DNA of 64,000 bases from Rhizaria sp. SCN 62-66 (GCA_001724265.1 MEDY01000256.1:1-64000); one strand, 5' to 3'. Shown: positions 20,464 through 33,249, numbered from the stretch's first letter. Notes: generated by a model not told the origin, from the letters alone. Translations and numbers: made by a program.

Positions 20464-21024
20464 CTGTGGGACCGAAGACAAAAAGCCAAAGCACAAGCGA
20501 CAGAGTACGGAGAAAGGTGAGAAGGGAACAATGACTGGGGCACACAGTTCAGAGGCTCGGACGACGAGCTTATTCACCCCTTAGCGTGGCGAATCTCCGT
20601 CAGATAACACAGCGACAAGCATACTTATATACGACAGGACTGGAATTAATATACCACGAAATAGCATCAGCAACGGCAACCCAATGGAACTACAAAACCG
20701 CTTCTCAAAAGTCACCCAGAGAGCAGACCGAAAGAGTGCGGTCTCGGACGGCGGGGGAGCGGGGTCTAAGGGCCTCTTTTTTGCGAACCAGCCAGGTTGG
20801 CTGTCGACGACAACATGATTCGTTTCACCTCTGCCCCCTCCGAAGTACAACTGATTTTAGTCGCATTAATTCGCGTTTATACTTCCGTCAGACGCATTTC
20901 TTCCGGGGGAACTCGTACTAATTCCAACGTTTCATTTTATTCCGCTTATTGTTTTTATCATATATGCCTTTATCTCTCTTGCCGAACACTTTGTTAAAGG
21001 CGTTCCCAAAGCGAACCTCCCGAC

Positions 21025-23005
21025 ATGTTCCGCCGCCTCGCCTGCCGGGCGACGACATGCTATCCTCTTGTGACTGCTGCTGCGCGCCTTTCTGTCACAA
21101 CAGCGACACACTCTCTCCCTGCTATCGTTGGGAGCAACAACAGCAACCCCGTTTCCACGCCGGCGACTCACTTCTCTGCAACCACGAAGAAGCGTGCAAA
21201 CGCTGCTCAGGCTTGCGTTAACACTGTACCTGCGCGTGCGATCTCGTCTCCGGCGACCCTGGCGTCGTCGGCGTCCCCGGCCGACATGACATACGTTGTG
21301 GACCGCGCGTTCTCGGCGGGCAGTATCTACACCAAGTCCGGCGACTCGGCCGAGATGACGTACGCTGGCGCTCTCTCGTTCCTGCGCCGCGTCTACTCCA
21401 AGCGCGCGTACAACCTCGGCGCCTCGGGCCAGGAGCACGCTGACGTCGTCGTCTCCGGCATTCCATTCGACGGCGCAGTGACCTACCGCTCCGGCTCGCG
21501 CCTCGGGCCCCGTGCCGTACGTAACACTCTGCACAATCTAGCTGAGCACTTTCATAGTGCGAACATTACTCTCATTGTACACGCTGTTAACTAACGAGTA
21601 TAATGGCCACGCTTTTCCATTATAACACTCTCATGTATCTTTTACATTTGAATTGCGTTTGCCTCACTTTTTATTGCCGTTTTGTGTTTCCCCTTAGATC
21701 CGCGAGGCGTCCGTCCAGCTGGCGGAGCTGCTGCCCTTCCCCTCCGGCAAGGAGATCTTTTCCCAGCTGGGCGTGATCGACTTCGGCGACGTCGCCCTGG
21801 ACCCGCACAATCAGGCCACGGTGCCCGGCGCGGTCGAGCACCACGCGCGCGCCGTGTTGGCCGCCGAGCCGGGCCGCGACATCGCCGCCACCGCGGCCTC
21901 GCTTCCCCCCGCACCACCGAAGCTGGCGCGCGACGCGCAGGGCAACGCGCCCGTGCTCGTTGCGCCGGCGGACAAGCCCAAGCCGCGCGTGCGCATGCTG
22001 ACCTTCGGCGGTGACCACTTCGTCACCTACCCGCTCCTCAGGGCCCACGCAGAGAGGTACAGCTAAACTACATGAAGATATATCGATGATGTTGGTTTCT
22101 TTATAAGTATATATTCACCGAATAAGACAATATTAACTTCGGTTGTGCTTTTTACAAATATATAATGACTCTATATATCATACTTACAACTTATTTTGTC
22201 TCATTGATTGGCTGGTTTGCGCTTGTTCTGCTGCCCCGCGTAGGTATGGCACCCTGTCGCTGATCCACTTCGACGCACACTCGGACACGTGGGAGTGCGG
22301 TCCCGGCGGCGCGGCGGAGCTGAACCACGGCACGATGTTCCGTCATGCCGCCGACCAGGGCCTGATTGACCCGCGCACCAGCATTCAGGTACGCACATCC
22401 ATCTATACTTGCGATCTCCTCCAGTAAACAAGGAGATATGCAACTGAGACTGTATCATGACCATTGTTCGAAGATTAACACAAAATCGCTCTTTATCTGC
22501 GAAGTATTCACAATATGTCTCCTTTCTCTCATAGTGATTCGTGACACACTCTTTTACATTTGTTGTCTCCCTCCCTGTCTAGATCGGCATCCGGACACAC
22601 AACCCCGACACGATGGGTTTCAACGTCGTCGATGCGCCCACCTTCCACCGCCGCGGCACCGACTGGCTTATCGCTCTTATCCGCGACACGGTCGGCGCTA
22701 CCGCGGCCAACGCCAGTGACCGTGGGCGCCCCGTGTACCTATCGTTCGACATCGACGCGCTCGACCCCGCGTTCGCGCCCGGCACCGGGACGCCCGTCCC
22801 GGGCGGCCTGACTTCGGCGCAGGCGCTCGAGGTGCTGCGCGCGCTGGCGGACCCTGCGCTGGGCGTGACCGTGGTCGGCGCGGACGTTGTCGAGGTGGCG
22901 CCCGCCTACGACAACGCAGAGATTACTGCGATCGCGGCCGCGCACGTCGCCACGGAGGTGCTCGTCGCATGGGCCGGCGAGAAGGAGCGCAACGGCACGC
23001 TCTAA
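21025..23005 (+). CDS. speB: Agmatinase (ureohydrolase family, SpeB-like), probably mitochondrial (about 472 aa); exons 21025-21516, 21698-22056, 22244-22388, 22583-23005
   Basis: GIPFD, GSRLGPRAIR, GGDHF, HFDAHSD, NHGT, IGIR, SFDIDALDPAFAPGTGTP, DVVEVAP motifs; three GT-AG introns restore the frame. Confidence 0.92.
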
Positions 23006-23552
23006 GCAGTATGCGATGTGATTGGTCAGAGACTCCAGAGGAGTTCTCCAAAGGAGTTAAGTTATTGTTCTTGAAGTTATTGTTCTTGAACTTTTGTTTG
23101 TTTGATTTGTTGAACGGTTTTTATGGATACATAGTCGCTACTCTGTAAATCTTATGTGAAAAGCTGACGTCAATTGTTCCAATTCGAATCTCATTGCTGG
23201 CGGCACTCATTATCAAACTTCCGATAACGATGCTATTGCTCGCTCCCGTCGGTGTGAACGTGTTATTGCAGAATTTACACTGTATTTACATTTGGACATT
23301 TGCACACATGAAAGCTCACGTTTCATATCGTTCGTTATACTATTGTCGATAAGTTAAGGGTAACTCTGTACAGATCGACTAAGGGGTAGTTCTATTTGTT
23401 CGTGTTGTGCATTAGATTGGACATCAAGCGCTTTTACGTCTCAGCTGCGATAGTTGCAATGCACATTCTAGATCAGCTTTTGTCGCGAGCGCTTTGTGTC
23501 AGAACAGCGCGACTTGAAGCGTGTTCTATGTTCACACATCCCTCATATCACA

Positions 23553-23870
23553 TTAGAGCGAGGAGCTTGTGGTCTGCGGCGTGAGCCCTGCAGGGATCGG
23601 CGGCGTAGGAAGGAAGGCTTGAATAACCGAGGCGGCAACCTCAGGGGTGGGCGGGGTGCTGCCGGGCGTGGGGAGCGAGGAGATGAGTGAGAGGGGGGAT
23701 GAAGACGGCAGCAGCGATGCGATGTCAGGCAGGCCGGGCGGTGTCGGCAGCTGCAGCGTATGCAGGGCTCGGGGAACGGGGCGGAGCGCTGCGGTTGCGG
23801 TTGCTGTGGTTGAGAGAGCAAGCAGGGCCGCCAGGAGGAGGGGGGAAAGGAGCAGACGGAGAAGATTCAT
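23553..23870 (-). CDS. Small secreted Pro/Ser/Thr-rich protein (about 105 aa)
   Basis: Signal-peptide-like MNLLRLLLSPLLLAALLALSTTA, then PT-rich low-complexity sequence; TAA stop. Confidence 0.55.
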   Translation of the reverse strand: MNLLRLLLSPLLLAALLALSTTATATAALRPVPRALHTLQLPTPPGLPDIASLLPSSSPLSLISSLPTPGSTPPTPEVAASVIQAFLPTPPIPAGLTPQTTSSSL

Positions 23871-24291
23871 CGGCCTCACGGTGTGGGCGAAAGCAAAGGG
23901 GGGAGTATGATACAGCAGGAAGATGATCACCTTTAGCAATAATAATAGTGAATTGCCCGGGTTTCAAATCAGTTCATGGTGTCTCACATGCATTTTTCGT
24001 CAAAAAGTTTGCAGTGAACAGATACCGAGGATTTGTTGCGGTTGCGCGTGTCCGCCGTACGTGCCTTCGTAACTTTTTGCGAACCGGGAGCTAGACGGAG
24101 CATGCTTGTGGCTCCCACTTCTCCCCCTTCCTTTCATGGCCGTAGAGCACATTTCGATCGTCATTTCGCACTAGCAGTATTATTTCGAATAGTCATTTCT
24201 AGCAACTCGTAGTTTTTCAATTTCCATGTTTCTCAAGCCAACCATTTTCTCTTTCTATGCGTTCCTTTCTGTTGGCAGTCAACCCATCAGG

Positions 24292-25075
24292 ATGGCCAAA
24301 GCTCTGCTTGCTCTTCTGCTGGCCTCGCTCGCTATGCTCGCTCAGGTACGGCTTTTTTGCAGACTCAGACGACTTTTCCCCTTACACTATGTCATATACT
24401 CTCCATGTGTCTTGCAAACACTCGATATCACGCTCTGAACACTCTCGGAACCGCGCCCCTCTCACTTACCCCCTTGCCCACCGCTGCCTTCTCACTTCAC
24501 CTGAACTTCTCTCCCTACATCTCTCTGTCTCGCGCCCCCAGGTCTCCTCTGTGGCCGCCCAGCTTGGCGGCGGCGGCGATAGCTCAGGCGGCATGGTGAT
24601 GAACGCGTACCAGGGCCCCGTGGTGCAGCTCCGCGCGCCCGCGCCCGGTTCGCTTAACAGCGACCTCATCATCCACATCCCCGAGCTGCCCGTCGCCATG
24701 TCCTCGGGCGACGAGCTCCAGTTCGCGCTCCCCGAGGGCACCGTGGTGTCGACGTACCCCGTGCAGTGCCAGTGGCGCATCGAGTCCTCGAAGCGCCGCC
24801 CGATCACGCCCTTCAACTTTGTCGACACCAAGCGCGCGGGCATGCGCGTGTCGTACATCAAGCCCAAGGCTGCGCGTGACTACGACGCCGGCGAGCCGCT
24901 CACCATCGTCTGCACCGGCTTCAACGCGCCCACGACGCCCTACACCGAGACCCGGGCCAAGTTCTTCATCACCTCGGTCAGCACCTTCTACGACGGCGTC
25001 GCCATCGTTGGCGGCGACACCGCCATCGAGGGGCTCGCCGCCCTGGCCAACATGGAGGGCGGCGAGGCCTGCTAA
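24292..25075 (+). CDS. Secreted protein of unknown function (about 195 aa); exons 24292-24345 and 24542-25075
   Basis: Signal peptide MAKALLALLLASLAMLAQ|VSSVAA; phase-0 GTACGG...CCCAG intron; strong coding bias. Confidence 0.8.
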
Positions 25076-25437
25076 GCGGTGCTGCAACGCAGTGCAACGC
25101 AATGCGAAATAGCGCTTAGGACAACGCTAAGCGTGCTGTTGCGTGTCAGGAAGGAGGTAAAACGTGCGAAATATTGAAACAAGTATTACAAAACGAAAGA
25201 ATATAACTACGACAAATTACTTAGTCTCCACACAAACACGACTGGATTCATGTGCGACTAGTCACTAGTACACGTAAATACACAATCATATTGACATTTC
25301 AACCAAAGTTGTGTCTCGCCCGGTCTTGGGCTGAGACTTCATCGGTGCGAGCAAGAAGTGACAATTGCAATAATGTATTTTTGGAGCTTTGTCATGACTA
25401 TTTAACGGTTTCGGGTTGCGTATTTGGACGGGCTATA

Positions 25438-28400
25438 TTACTCGATAACAGCGGTCTTCTGGCGGTACCTATCAAAGAAGGCCAACATGTCCTTGGAGAT
25501 CCTCGCCTCGGCCTTTTCGATCGCGGCCATCACGTGCCGCACCTCGACCCACTTGGCCTGTACGTCCTCGCCCATCGCCAGCAGCGCGGCCTCACGGCAC
25601 ACGGCGCTCAGCTCCGCGCCGCTGAGCCCCTTGCCGTGCGCGGCGCGCGCTACGGCGTCGACCGCGGCCTGGCTCTGCGCGTCGGGCGCCATGGTGATTT
25701 TGCGGAACTCGATCTTGAAGATCTCCCCAGTCGAGCGCAGGTCCGGCGGCGCAACGTAGACTGCGCGGTCGATGCGTCCGGGCCGCAGCAGCGCGGGGTC
25801 GAGTAGGTCGGGCCGGTTGGTCGCCGCGAGCACCGTCACGTCGGTCAGCGGCTGCACGCCGTCGAGCTCGATCAGCAGCTGCGACAGCACGCGCTCCACC
25901 ACGGCGTCGCCGCCGCCGCCGCTGGAGCGCGCCGCTGCCAGCGAGTCGATCTCGTCAAAGAAGATGATGCTAGGCGCCGCGGCGCGCGCCTTGCGGAAGA
26001 CGTCGCGCACGGCCTTTTCGCTGTCGCCGACCCACTTGGAGAAGAGCTCAGGCCCCTTGACAGCGATAAAGTTGCGACTTGACTCGGTCGCCAGCGCCTT
26101 GGCCAGCAGCGTCTTGGAGCAGCCGGGCGGGCCGTAGAGCAGGATCCCGCGCGGGGGCGCGACGCCGAGCCGCGTGAACACCTCGGGGTCCTCCAGCGGC
26201 CACTCGAAGGCCTCGGTGAGGTGCTGCTTGACCTCTTCTTGGCCGCCGATGTCGCTCCAGCGCACCGAGGGCACGTCCAGCGCCACCTCGCGCATCGCCG
26301 ACGGGCGCACGGATGCGAAGCCCAGCGCCACGTCCGCCGCAGTCAGATCCAGGCCCTCAGGCAGCGCAGCCGCACTAGCGCCGGTAACACTCGCGTTGCT
26401 GCCGTTGCTGTGGCAGCGGCGGAGGCACTCGAGCACGGCTTCGCGCACGACAAGCTGGATGTCCGCGCCGACGTAGCCGTGCGCCTTCTCGACCAGCGCC
26501 CACGCCTGCGCCGCGCTCACGCAGTGCTTCAGCGGCGCCAGTGTGCGAGTGAGGATCTCGGCCCGGCCCGCGCGCGTGGGTACGCCCACCTCGACTTCGC
26601 GGTCAAAGCGCCCCGGCCGCCGCAGCGCCGCGTCGAGCGCGTTGGGACGGTTGGTGGCCGCCAGCACGACGACGCGCGCGTCCGCGCCCAGCCCGTCCAT
26701 GGCGGTGAGCAGCGTCGCCACGATGCGCTTCTGCACCTCGTCCGCGGCTGAGTCGCGCGACGGGCACATGGCGTCGATCTCGTCGATGAACACCACGCAC
26801 GGCGCGCTGGCCGCGGCCTGGCTGAAAATGGCCTTGACGCGCGCCTCGGACTCGCCCACGTAGCGGCCTGTGATCTCGGCGCCGTCGACCGCGATGAAGG
26901 ACGAAAAGGACTCCTTGGCGAGGGCGCGCGCGAGCATCGTCTTGCCCGTGCCGGGGGGCCCGTACAGCAGCACGCCGCGCGGCGGGCGCAGGCCGAAGGA
27001 GGTGAAGAGGTGCGGCGACGTCAGAGGCAGGTGGATCACTTCGCGCAGTGAGGCGATCTCGCGGTCGAGCCCGCCGACGGAAGTTAGGCCGCCCCAAGAG
27101 GGTTGGCCGCCACGAGTGACAACACCATGAGAGGAGCTACTACTGACCGTAGCCGCATTGCTGTTGCTGTTGCCGTTGCTAGCCGTCAGACTCGGAATGG
27201 GAGGCAGAGGGGAGCAAAGCTCCAAGCGCTCTGCTTCGCTGTCAGTCTTGGCAAGCTCGCTGCTGGCAAGCTGCGCAGCAGCACGCAGCTTTTGCTCTTG
27301 CGTCTGCTGCGTGACATTAAAGAGCCCCGTCTTGAAGTCAAGCCGGAGCTCCGCGCCCTCGACGGCGGCCGCGGCAACGGTGAGCACGGTCACTTCGGTC
27401 TGCGCGGTGATCAACAGCGGGTACACATGACTATCACGGGTACCATCACTGTCCCTCGCGCCACCGGCCGTGTTATTACCGATGCTATTGTCGCCGCTAT
27501 TGTTGGGGCCGAACAGTGTGTGACTGATGGGGATGAACGACGCAGAGTCGCCCTGCGCTAGCCCGGCCACTGTGACCACCGAGCCCGCCAGCAGCGCCAC
27601 GCCGACCAGGCCCGCGCGCAGCCGCGCGCGCGCAGCCGCCTGCAGGGCGCTGGTGGCGCGCGCGGAGGCGGCGGATGCGGCCGCCGCGCCCGGCACCACA
27701 CTGCCACTCACACGGCCACTGCCATTGCTACTGCCACTAATGGTGCTGTTGCAGCTGTTGCTGTTAGCGGCGGCGGCGGCGGCGGCGGCGGAGGAAGCAA
27801 GGGCGGACGCAAGACGGTGGCTGCCGGAAGGGAGGACGCCGGTGCTGGCGCTGTTGACGCTCGTATTCACAACACTGTTCGCATCGCTATTACTCGCACT
27901 CGTTGTGTTATCTGAGAGGTGGACGAGCGTGATGCTGGCCAGCGGCGCCGGGGCGGCGGTGGGCACGCTCACGGTCACCGGCGTCCCGGGGGGCAGGCTC
28001 GCCAGACAGGAGAACACGCAGCCCTGGCTCTGACCCTGCTGCTGCTGCTGCTGCAGGCCTTTCTGAGTTGGTGTCTGCAGCTGCAGCTGACCGATAGCGC
28101 TGGTGCCGCTGCTACCGCTCGCTGTGGCGCTGGCCGCCGCCTCCGCCTCGGCCAGGGGCAGAGCCGCGAGCGCCGCGGCAATGACCGGCGCGGGCGCAAG
28201 GCGGCACGCGTCGAGCGCAAGCGACTGCAGCGGCCAGGCTTCGCAGAGCCACGTCACGGGCGCGCGCCGCGACACGGCGCCGGCGCTGCCCAGAGGGCTC
28301 CCGCCGCTGGCTGCGGCTGCGGCGTGCGCGCTGCTGTTAAGGCGGGAGAGCGACGACGGCGAGACGGGGGTCGCGGGGACATACCGCGCACTCGCGCTCG

Positions 28401-29196
28401 CGCTGGAGCTCGAGCTTGTGACCGGGGTGAGAGAGCCTGCATTCGCGTTGTTGGTCGAGTTGCGCGTCGGCGTGCCCACAGTCCCGCTGGCGGCGGCTGC
28501 GGCTGCGGCGGCGCGGGCGCGCTCTTGGTCCTGCATAAACGCGGCCGCGGCGGACAGGCGCGCAGCGGGCTGCGGCGTCGACGGCGCGGCAGCACCAGCG
28601 CCAGCGCTACTCGAGCTCGCAGCAGCAGTGACAGCAGATGTGGAGATAGGGGAGCGCGGACAGCTAGAGATCGCGTTAGAGCTTGAGCTGTCGCCATCGT
28701 CGCTCGTGCTAACACTGGCGGCGTTGCCGCTGTGCACGGCGAGCGGGGCCAGGTCGACGGCGACCCAGGCGGTGACGGCGACGAGGCCACCTGTGGCGAC
28801 ACCCAACCGCGCCAGCGCCGCGGGCGCGAGGGCTGCGACAGGAGCCGTGGCGCGCGCCGCGGGGGCGAAGTCGCGCAGCGGGCGCTCCAGCAACAGCGAC
28901 AGAGAGCGCAAAAAGCCGGGGCCCAGCGGCACAGACGCGGCCGCGCCAGCCGCGGGCGCTGTGGGGACGATTGAAGAGGCTGCGGTGGCGCGGGACGAGG
29001 CGCGGAGCTCTGCTTTTGTCGAGGTTTGCGTGCCGTGGAGGGGCTCTGCAAGGGAGTGTGTGGGTGCGGGCGCGGACAAAGTGGTGTCGGGGGCCGGGGC
29101 GGCGGAGGATGCAGCCGGAGCAGCGCGTGGCTTGAGGCTGGCCATCATCTCCGCCAAACTCTTCGGCGGCTCGGGCGCCTTCTTCTTGGGCGGCAT
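25438..29196 (-). CDS. AFG2: AFG2/Drg1/SPATA5-like double AAA+ ATPase (about 1252 aa)
   Basis: D1 GPPGTGKT/FIDEID, linker RPSAMRE...V.WSDIGGQ, D2 GPPGCSKT/FFDEID; the GCSKT Walker A is typical of the AFG2 subfamily. Confidence 0.88.
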   Translation of the reverse strand: MPPKKKAPEPPKSLAEMMASLKPRAAPAASSAAPAPDTTLSAPAPTHSLAEPLHGTQTSTKAELRASSRATAASSIVPTAPAAGAAASVPLGPGFLRSLSLLLERPLRDFAPAARATAPVAALAPAALARLGVATGGLVAVTAWVAVDLAPLAVHSGNAASVSTSDDGDSSSSNAISSCPRSPISTSAVTAAASSSSAGAGAAAPSTPQPAARLSAAAAFMQDQERARAAAAAAAASGTVGTPTRNSTNNANAGSLTPVTSSSSSASASARYVPATPVSPSSLSRLNSSAHAAAAASGGSPLGSAGAVSRRAPVTWLCEAWPLQSLALDACRLAPAPVIAAALAALPLAEAEAAASATASGSSGTSAIGQLQLQTPTQKGLQQQQQQGQSQGCVFSCLASLPPGTPVTVSVPTAAPAPLASITLVHLSDNTTSASNSDANSVVNTSVNSASTGVLPSGSHRLASALASSAAAAAAAANSNSCNSTISGSSNGSGRVSGSVVPGAAAASAASARATSALQAAARARLRAGLVGVALLAGSVVTVAGLAQGDSASFIPISHTLFGPNNSGDNSIGNNTAGGARDSDGTRDSHVYPLLITAQTEVTVLTVAAAAVEGAELRLDFKTGLFNVTQQTQEQKLRAAAQLASSELAKTDSEAERLELCSPLPPIPSLTASNGNSNSNAATVSSSSSHGVVTRGGQPSWGGLTSVGGLDREIASLREVIHLPLTSPHLFTSFGLRPPRGVLLYGPPGTGKTMLARALAKESFSSFIAVDGAEITGRYVGESEARVKAIFSQAAASAPCVVFIDEIDAMCPSRDSAADEVQKRIVATLLTAMDGLGADARVVVLAATNRPNALDAALRRPGRFDREVEVGVPTRAGRAEILTRTLAPLKHCVSAAQAWALVEKAHGYVGADIQLVVREAVLECLRRCHSNGSNASVTGASAAALPEGLDLTAADVALGFASVRPSAMREVALDVPSVRWSDIGGQEEVKQHLTEAFEWPLEDPEVFTRLGVAPPRGILLYGPPGCSKTLLAKALATESSRNFIAVKGPELFSKWVGDSEKAVRDVFRKARAAAPSIIFFDEIDSLAAARSSGGGGDAVVERVLSQLLIELDGVQPLTDVTVLAATNRPDLLDPALLRPGRIDRAVYVAPPDLRSTGEIFKIEFRKITMAPDAQSQAAVDAVARAAHGKGLSGAELSAVCREAALLAMGEDVQAKWVEVRHVMAAIEKAEARISKDMLAFFDRYRQKTAVIE

Positions 29197-29653
29197 CCAC
29201 GCTGCGGAGAGACACAAATGGGGTTTTGAGAAAATATATTTCAGTATTTAGTAATAAAACAAAATTAAAAACCCATAAACTTACTTTTAGCACAGCTGAT
29301 GGAAGTTAAACCCTGTTTTGAGGTGCGAATTATTTAGAACCACAAGTCTTCCCTCGAGGAAGCGCTCGAGACTGAGCTGTTCAAAATTGTCAAGAAACTG
29401 CCAAGCTCCTACGCGTCAAACTTCCGTCACTGCGAATACCGTTGGCATGTCGAAATTTAGCTGACATATTTTATTCACATTCCTTTATAAAATTTCCGTA
29501 CTGTACGCCCACATCGCACATCAGACTCGCGAAGCTTTTTCGCGTGCACTGCAACGACTCCCTTCTGTACCAACCCATACACGCAGCACCTTGCGCTTGA
29601 AGCAGCTCTCTTGCACACAGCAGCAGGCTGATCTCCCGGATTTTGCGTTTATA

Positions 29654-32600
29654 ATGTACCCTACGAGCCCCCTGGGCCCCGCCGGCTCTCCTCCTGGTCA
29701 AAACGGCGGCCTCAACGGCGGGTCGTATTACTCGCCCTCGTCCGCGGCCCCTTACAACAACAACGCTGGTGGCGGGGGCTTCAATCCCAGCGGGCCCAGC
29801 ATTCCCGCATTTGCCCCAGCCGCGGCCGCGCTATCGCCGCTGCCCCCCGTGGCGTCCTCGGCCGACGTCCACGCTCTCGCGGCGCACCTGACCTCGCTGC
29901 AACGCGCTGTCGCTTCACTGCCATCGTCGCTCTCGGTCTGGGTCACGGACGCGCTCTCACAGCACGCCGCGTCCCTATCCACGTCTCTTACATCGCTATC
30001 GGCCCGCGCGGACGACGCCGCAGCCCGCGCCCGCCGGTCTGAGGACGCCACGGCCTCGCTACACGCCTCCACAGCCTCCGCCCTCGCTGCTCTCAACGAA
30101 CGCGCCAACGCCGCCGCAGCCGCCGCAGCCGCCGCCGACGCGTCCGCGGGCGCCGCGCAGCAGGGCCTGGCGCGCGCGGCGGCCGAGCTGGACTTGCTGC
30201 GCACCGCGGCCCCGCAAATGGCCGCCGCGCTGGCGGCGCTGCAGCGGCGGGCCGAGGAGCTGGAGGATGGCGCGCGCGCGGCGCGAGACCGCGAGCGCGC
30301 TAACGCCGTGGCGGCGTCGCTCGCCGCGCGCGGGCTGCAGCTGAACCCCGCCACGGCCGCCGCAGTTGCCGCGGCCACGGACCCGGCGGCCAGCGATGCC
30401 ATCCTCAGCGGCCTCGGCACCAATATGGGCTTGAACAACAACGCGCTGGTGCTGGCCGGCGCGGGCAGCGCGGGCGCGGGGTTCCCCGTCGGCACCCGGG
30501 TCTCCGGCGCCAGCGCGGAGGTGCTGGCCCGTCTGGCCGCGCTCGAGGCCGCCCAACAGCGCGACGTGTCTGCACTGCGGGCCGACATGGCAGCCACGGC
30601 CGCGAGCGAGGCCGCCGCGGCCGCGCAGGCCACGGAGCACCGTCTCCGCGGCGCGCTGTCCGAGGCGCTGGTGCGCGCGCAGGCTGCTGAGGGCGCCGCG
30701 GCTGCCGCGCGGTTTGCTGCTGACGAGCGCGCCGCCGCTGCCGCCGCCGCGACGGCCGCGCTGGCCGACCGCGTGGACCGGCTCGAGGCGGCGCTACGGG
30801 CCAAGGCCGAGAACGACGACCAGTGGCGCGCGGCCAGCGAAGCGGCGCGGGCGGCGGCGGCAGAGCGCCTGGCGCGCGAGATTGTGCGCGTCGAGACCTC
30901 GGTGGTGCAGGAGCAGCGCGCGCGCGAGAGCGACGGCAAGGGCGCCGAGGCGCTGCGGCGGGCCGTCGCGGCGGGCAACGTTAAGGCCGAGGCCGCGGCG
31001 GAGGCGGCGGCGCGGGCCGAACGGGCCGTGGCCGCGGCCGCGGGGCTTAAGGGCGGCGCTGAGGTGGTGGCCGAGATGGCCAAGGTGAAGCGGCAGGTGC
31101 GCGCGCTGGCCGAGGGCGTTGACCGCGTGGCCGCCGACTCGGCGGTGTACAAGTCGCACCGTCGCGGCTCCGACTCCGACACCGATGGCTCCGACGCGGA
31201 CTCCGCCGGTGCGGGCCCCAAGGGCGCGGTTGGGGGCAGGCGGAGCAAGGAGGCGCGTGCCCAGGAGGCCAAGGCGCGGGAGGAGGTCGACACGCGCATG
31301 CGCCAGCTGGTCGAGAAGCTGGCCGAGGAAGTCATCGCGCTGCGCAGCAACCAGGACGCCGCAACCGCCGGCGCGACCGCCGCCGCGTCGGCCTCGGCGG
31401 GCGCGGCTGCGGCCCGGGCCGGCGCGACCGCGGACAAGGCGAGCACCGCGGCGGGCGCGGCGGCCAAGGAGCTGGCTGCGCTCAAGAAGTCATCCTCGGC
31501 TGCGGTTGCCAAGCTCGAGGGCGAGGTGTCGAAGCTCGAGAGCGAGGTGGCCGCGCTGAGGACGCAGCTGGCGGCGCTGACAACCGAGGTCGGGGAGCGC
31601 AAGCTCGCGATCCGGCCGCCGCGCCCCGTCACGGCGGCGCTTCTCCGGGTTCCTGCGGCCCGTCGCCGGGCACGTGAACGGGGCGCCGGTCTCGGCCGCG
31701 CCCAGCCCCGCGCCGCACAGCACGGGAGCGGGGCCGCCGGGACACGGACTGCTGTCGCCGCGGCTGCGCGACGGGTCCGACTCAGACTCGGACAGCGACC
31801 TGGATGTCGACAGCGAAAGCAAGACTGTGGAGCCCAGGGCGAGCGCCGCGGCGGCGGCAGCGGCGGCGGCGAAGGCGAGCGCGAGTGCGGCGACCAAAGC
31901 GGCCAAGCCGAGCGCCGCCGCTGCAGCGAAGTTGGACAAGGACGCCAAGGACGCTAAGAGTCCCGCGGGCACGAGTCCCACGGGTGTCGCGAGTACCGGG
32001 GGCTCCGGCCACAACCCCGGGCACCGCAAGAGCGTGACGGACGAGTGGATGAAGCAGCTGGAGGCGGAGCTGGAGACGCTCGACACGCAGCAGCAGTCGA
32101 TGGACGCGGCGCAACACCCGCAGCAGAGCCCCAGCAACGACACAACGGGTAAAAACACTGAAAGCAAGGCCGCCAAGGCTGCGAATGCCGAGAACAAGTC
32201 AGTGGCCCCCATTGTGCCTAAGAGCGCGCCCAACGACGGCAACGCCAAGGGCGACGCTGCGGCTGCGAGCAAGGCCGATAAAGCCGACTCCAAGGACAAG
32301 GACAAGGAGAAGGAGGCGTTTGTTCCGGGTAACTTGCAGCGGGTCGACACGGTCACCAACGACGCCATCGTGGCCAGCATCGGAGGCATGTTCAACAACA
32401 CTAAGCTCGACCGCGAGTACGAAGCCGCCGCGGCACCAACGCCGACGGGGACAGCGGCAACAGGGTCATCTGCCTCTACCCCGGCGGCTGCATCCGCTGG
32501 CGCCACTGCCAATGCCAGTGGGCTGAAGAGTGAACGCCGGGCGAGCAGCACGAAAAACAGCACGGCTGCCACAGCTCCCGCGACCACCCCCGCCGCTGCC

Positions 32601-32699
32601 GCTGCTGCTGCCCCTGCGTCGGCGAGTGCGGCGTCGACGCCGCTGGCGCGCGTTGGAGGCGGGTACAGGCCTGCGAAGGCCGCGGGTTACGCTGAGTGA
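29654..32699 (+). CDS. Ala-rich coiled-coil protein of unknown function, with an apparent +1 frameshift near 31600-31645
   Basis: ORF-track entries 29591-31957 and 31674-32699 overlap; coding-type codon bias moves from the first to the second frame at about 31630. Confidence 0.7.
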
Positions 32700-33249
32700 G
32701 CGAGTGGCTAAAAGCTACAAACACGTTTATATAGTTGATAAATGATTTAATCTGAAATAGTATGACATGTTTTGTGGCTAATACCACGATTAATACAATA
32801 TACAGTGGATATACACAAAAATATGTTTGTTTATATCATAATTTAAGTCGTTTGGCGCGAAGTTGCGACGGTTTGTGGTTGAAATCTCGCCAAAACGTGC
32901 GGTTCGCAAAAAAGGGCACCTCCCGACGACGTCGCGGTGAGCTGAGCGAGTATTGACAGGTAGATTTCCCGTCTTGGACTCGTTGCTTGAGAATGATTTT
33001 TTAATGTCGAGCACAGAATGAGCGCATTTATTTCTTTGTTATTCAGGATTTGAATGACACTCATGACTCCGCTCGCACGCGCCTTCGGCAGTCGGCACCA
33101 TATGGTGACGAGAGACCGCCCACTCCGATTCGGCGCCTTTTTCGTCCTCACCGTTCCTTGTCTCCCTTTTCCTTTCTCACAACACACCTTTACTGTTTAC
33201 TCACAACCCATTACTCTTTTCTGCGCACGCTGTTTAGTCAAGAACTCAC

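Noticed and set aside
23060-23090. 15-nt tandem duplication GTTATTGTTCTTGAA
   Set aside because: Two adjacent copies in a 3' flank; no spacers, element ends or other copies, so neither CRISPR nor a transposon footprint can be supported.
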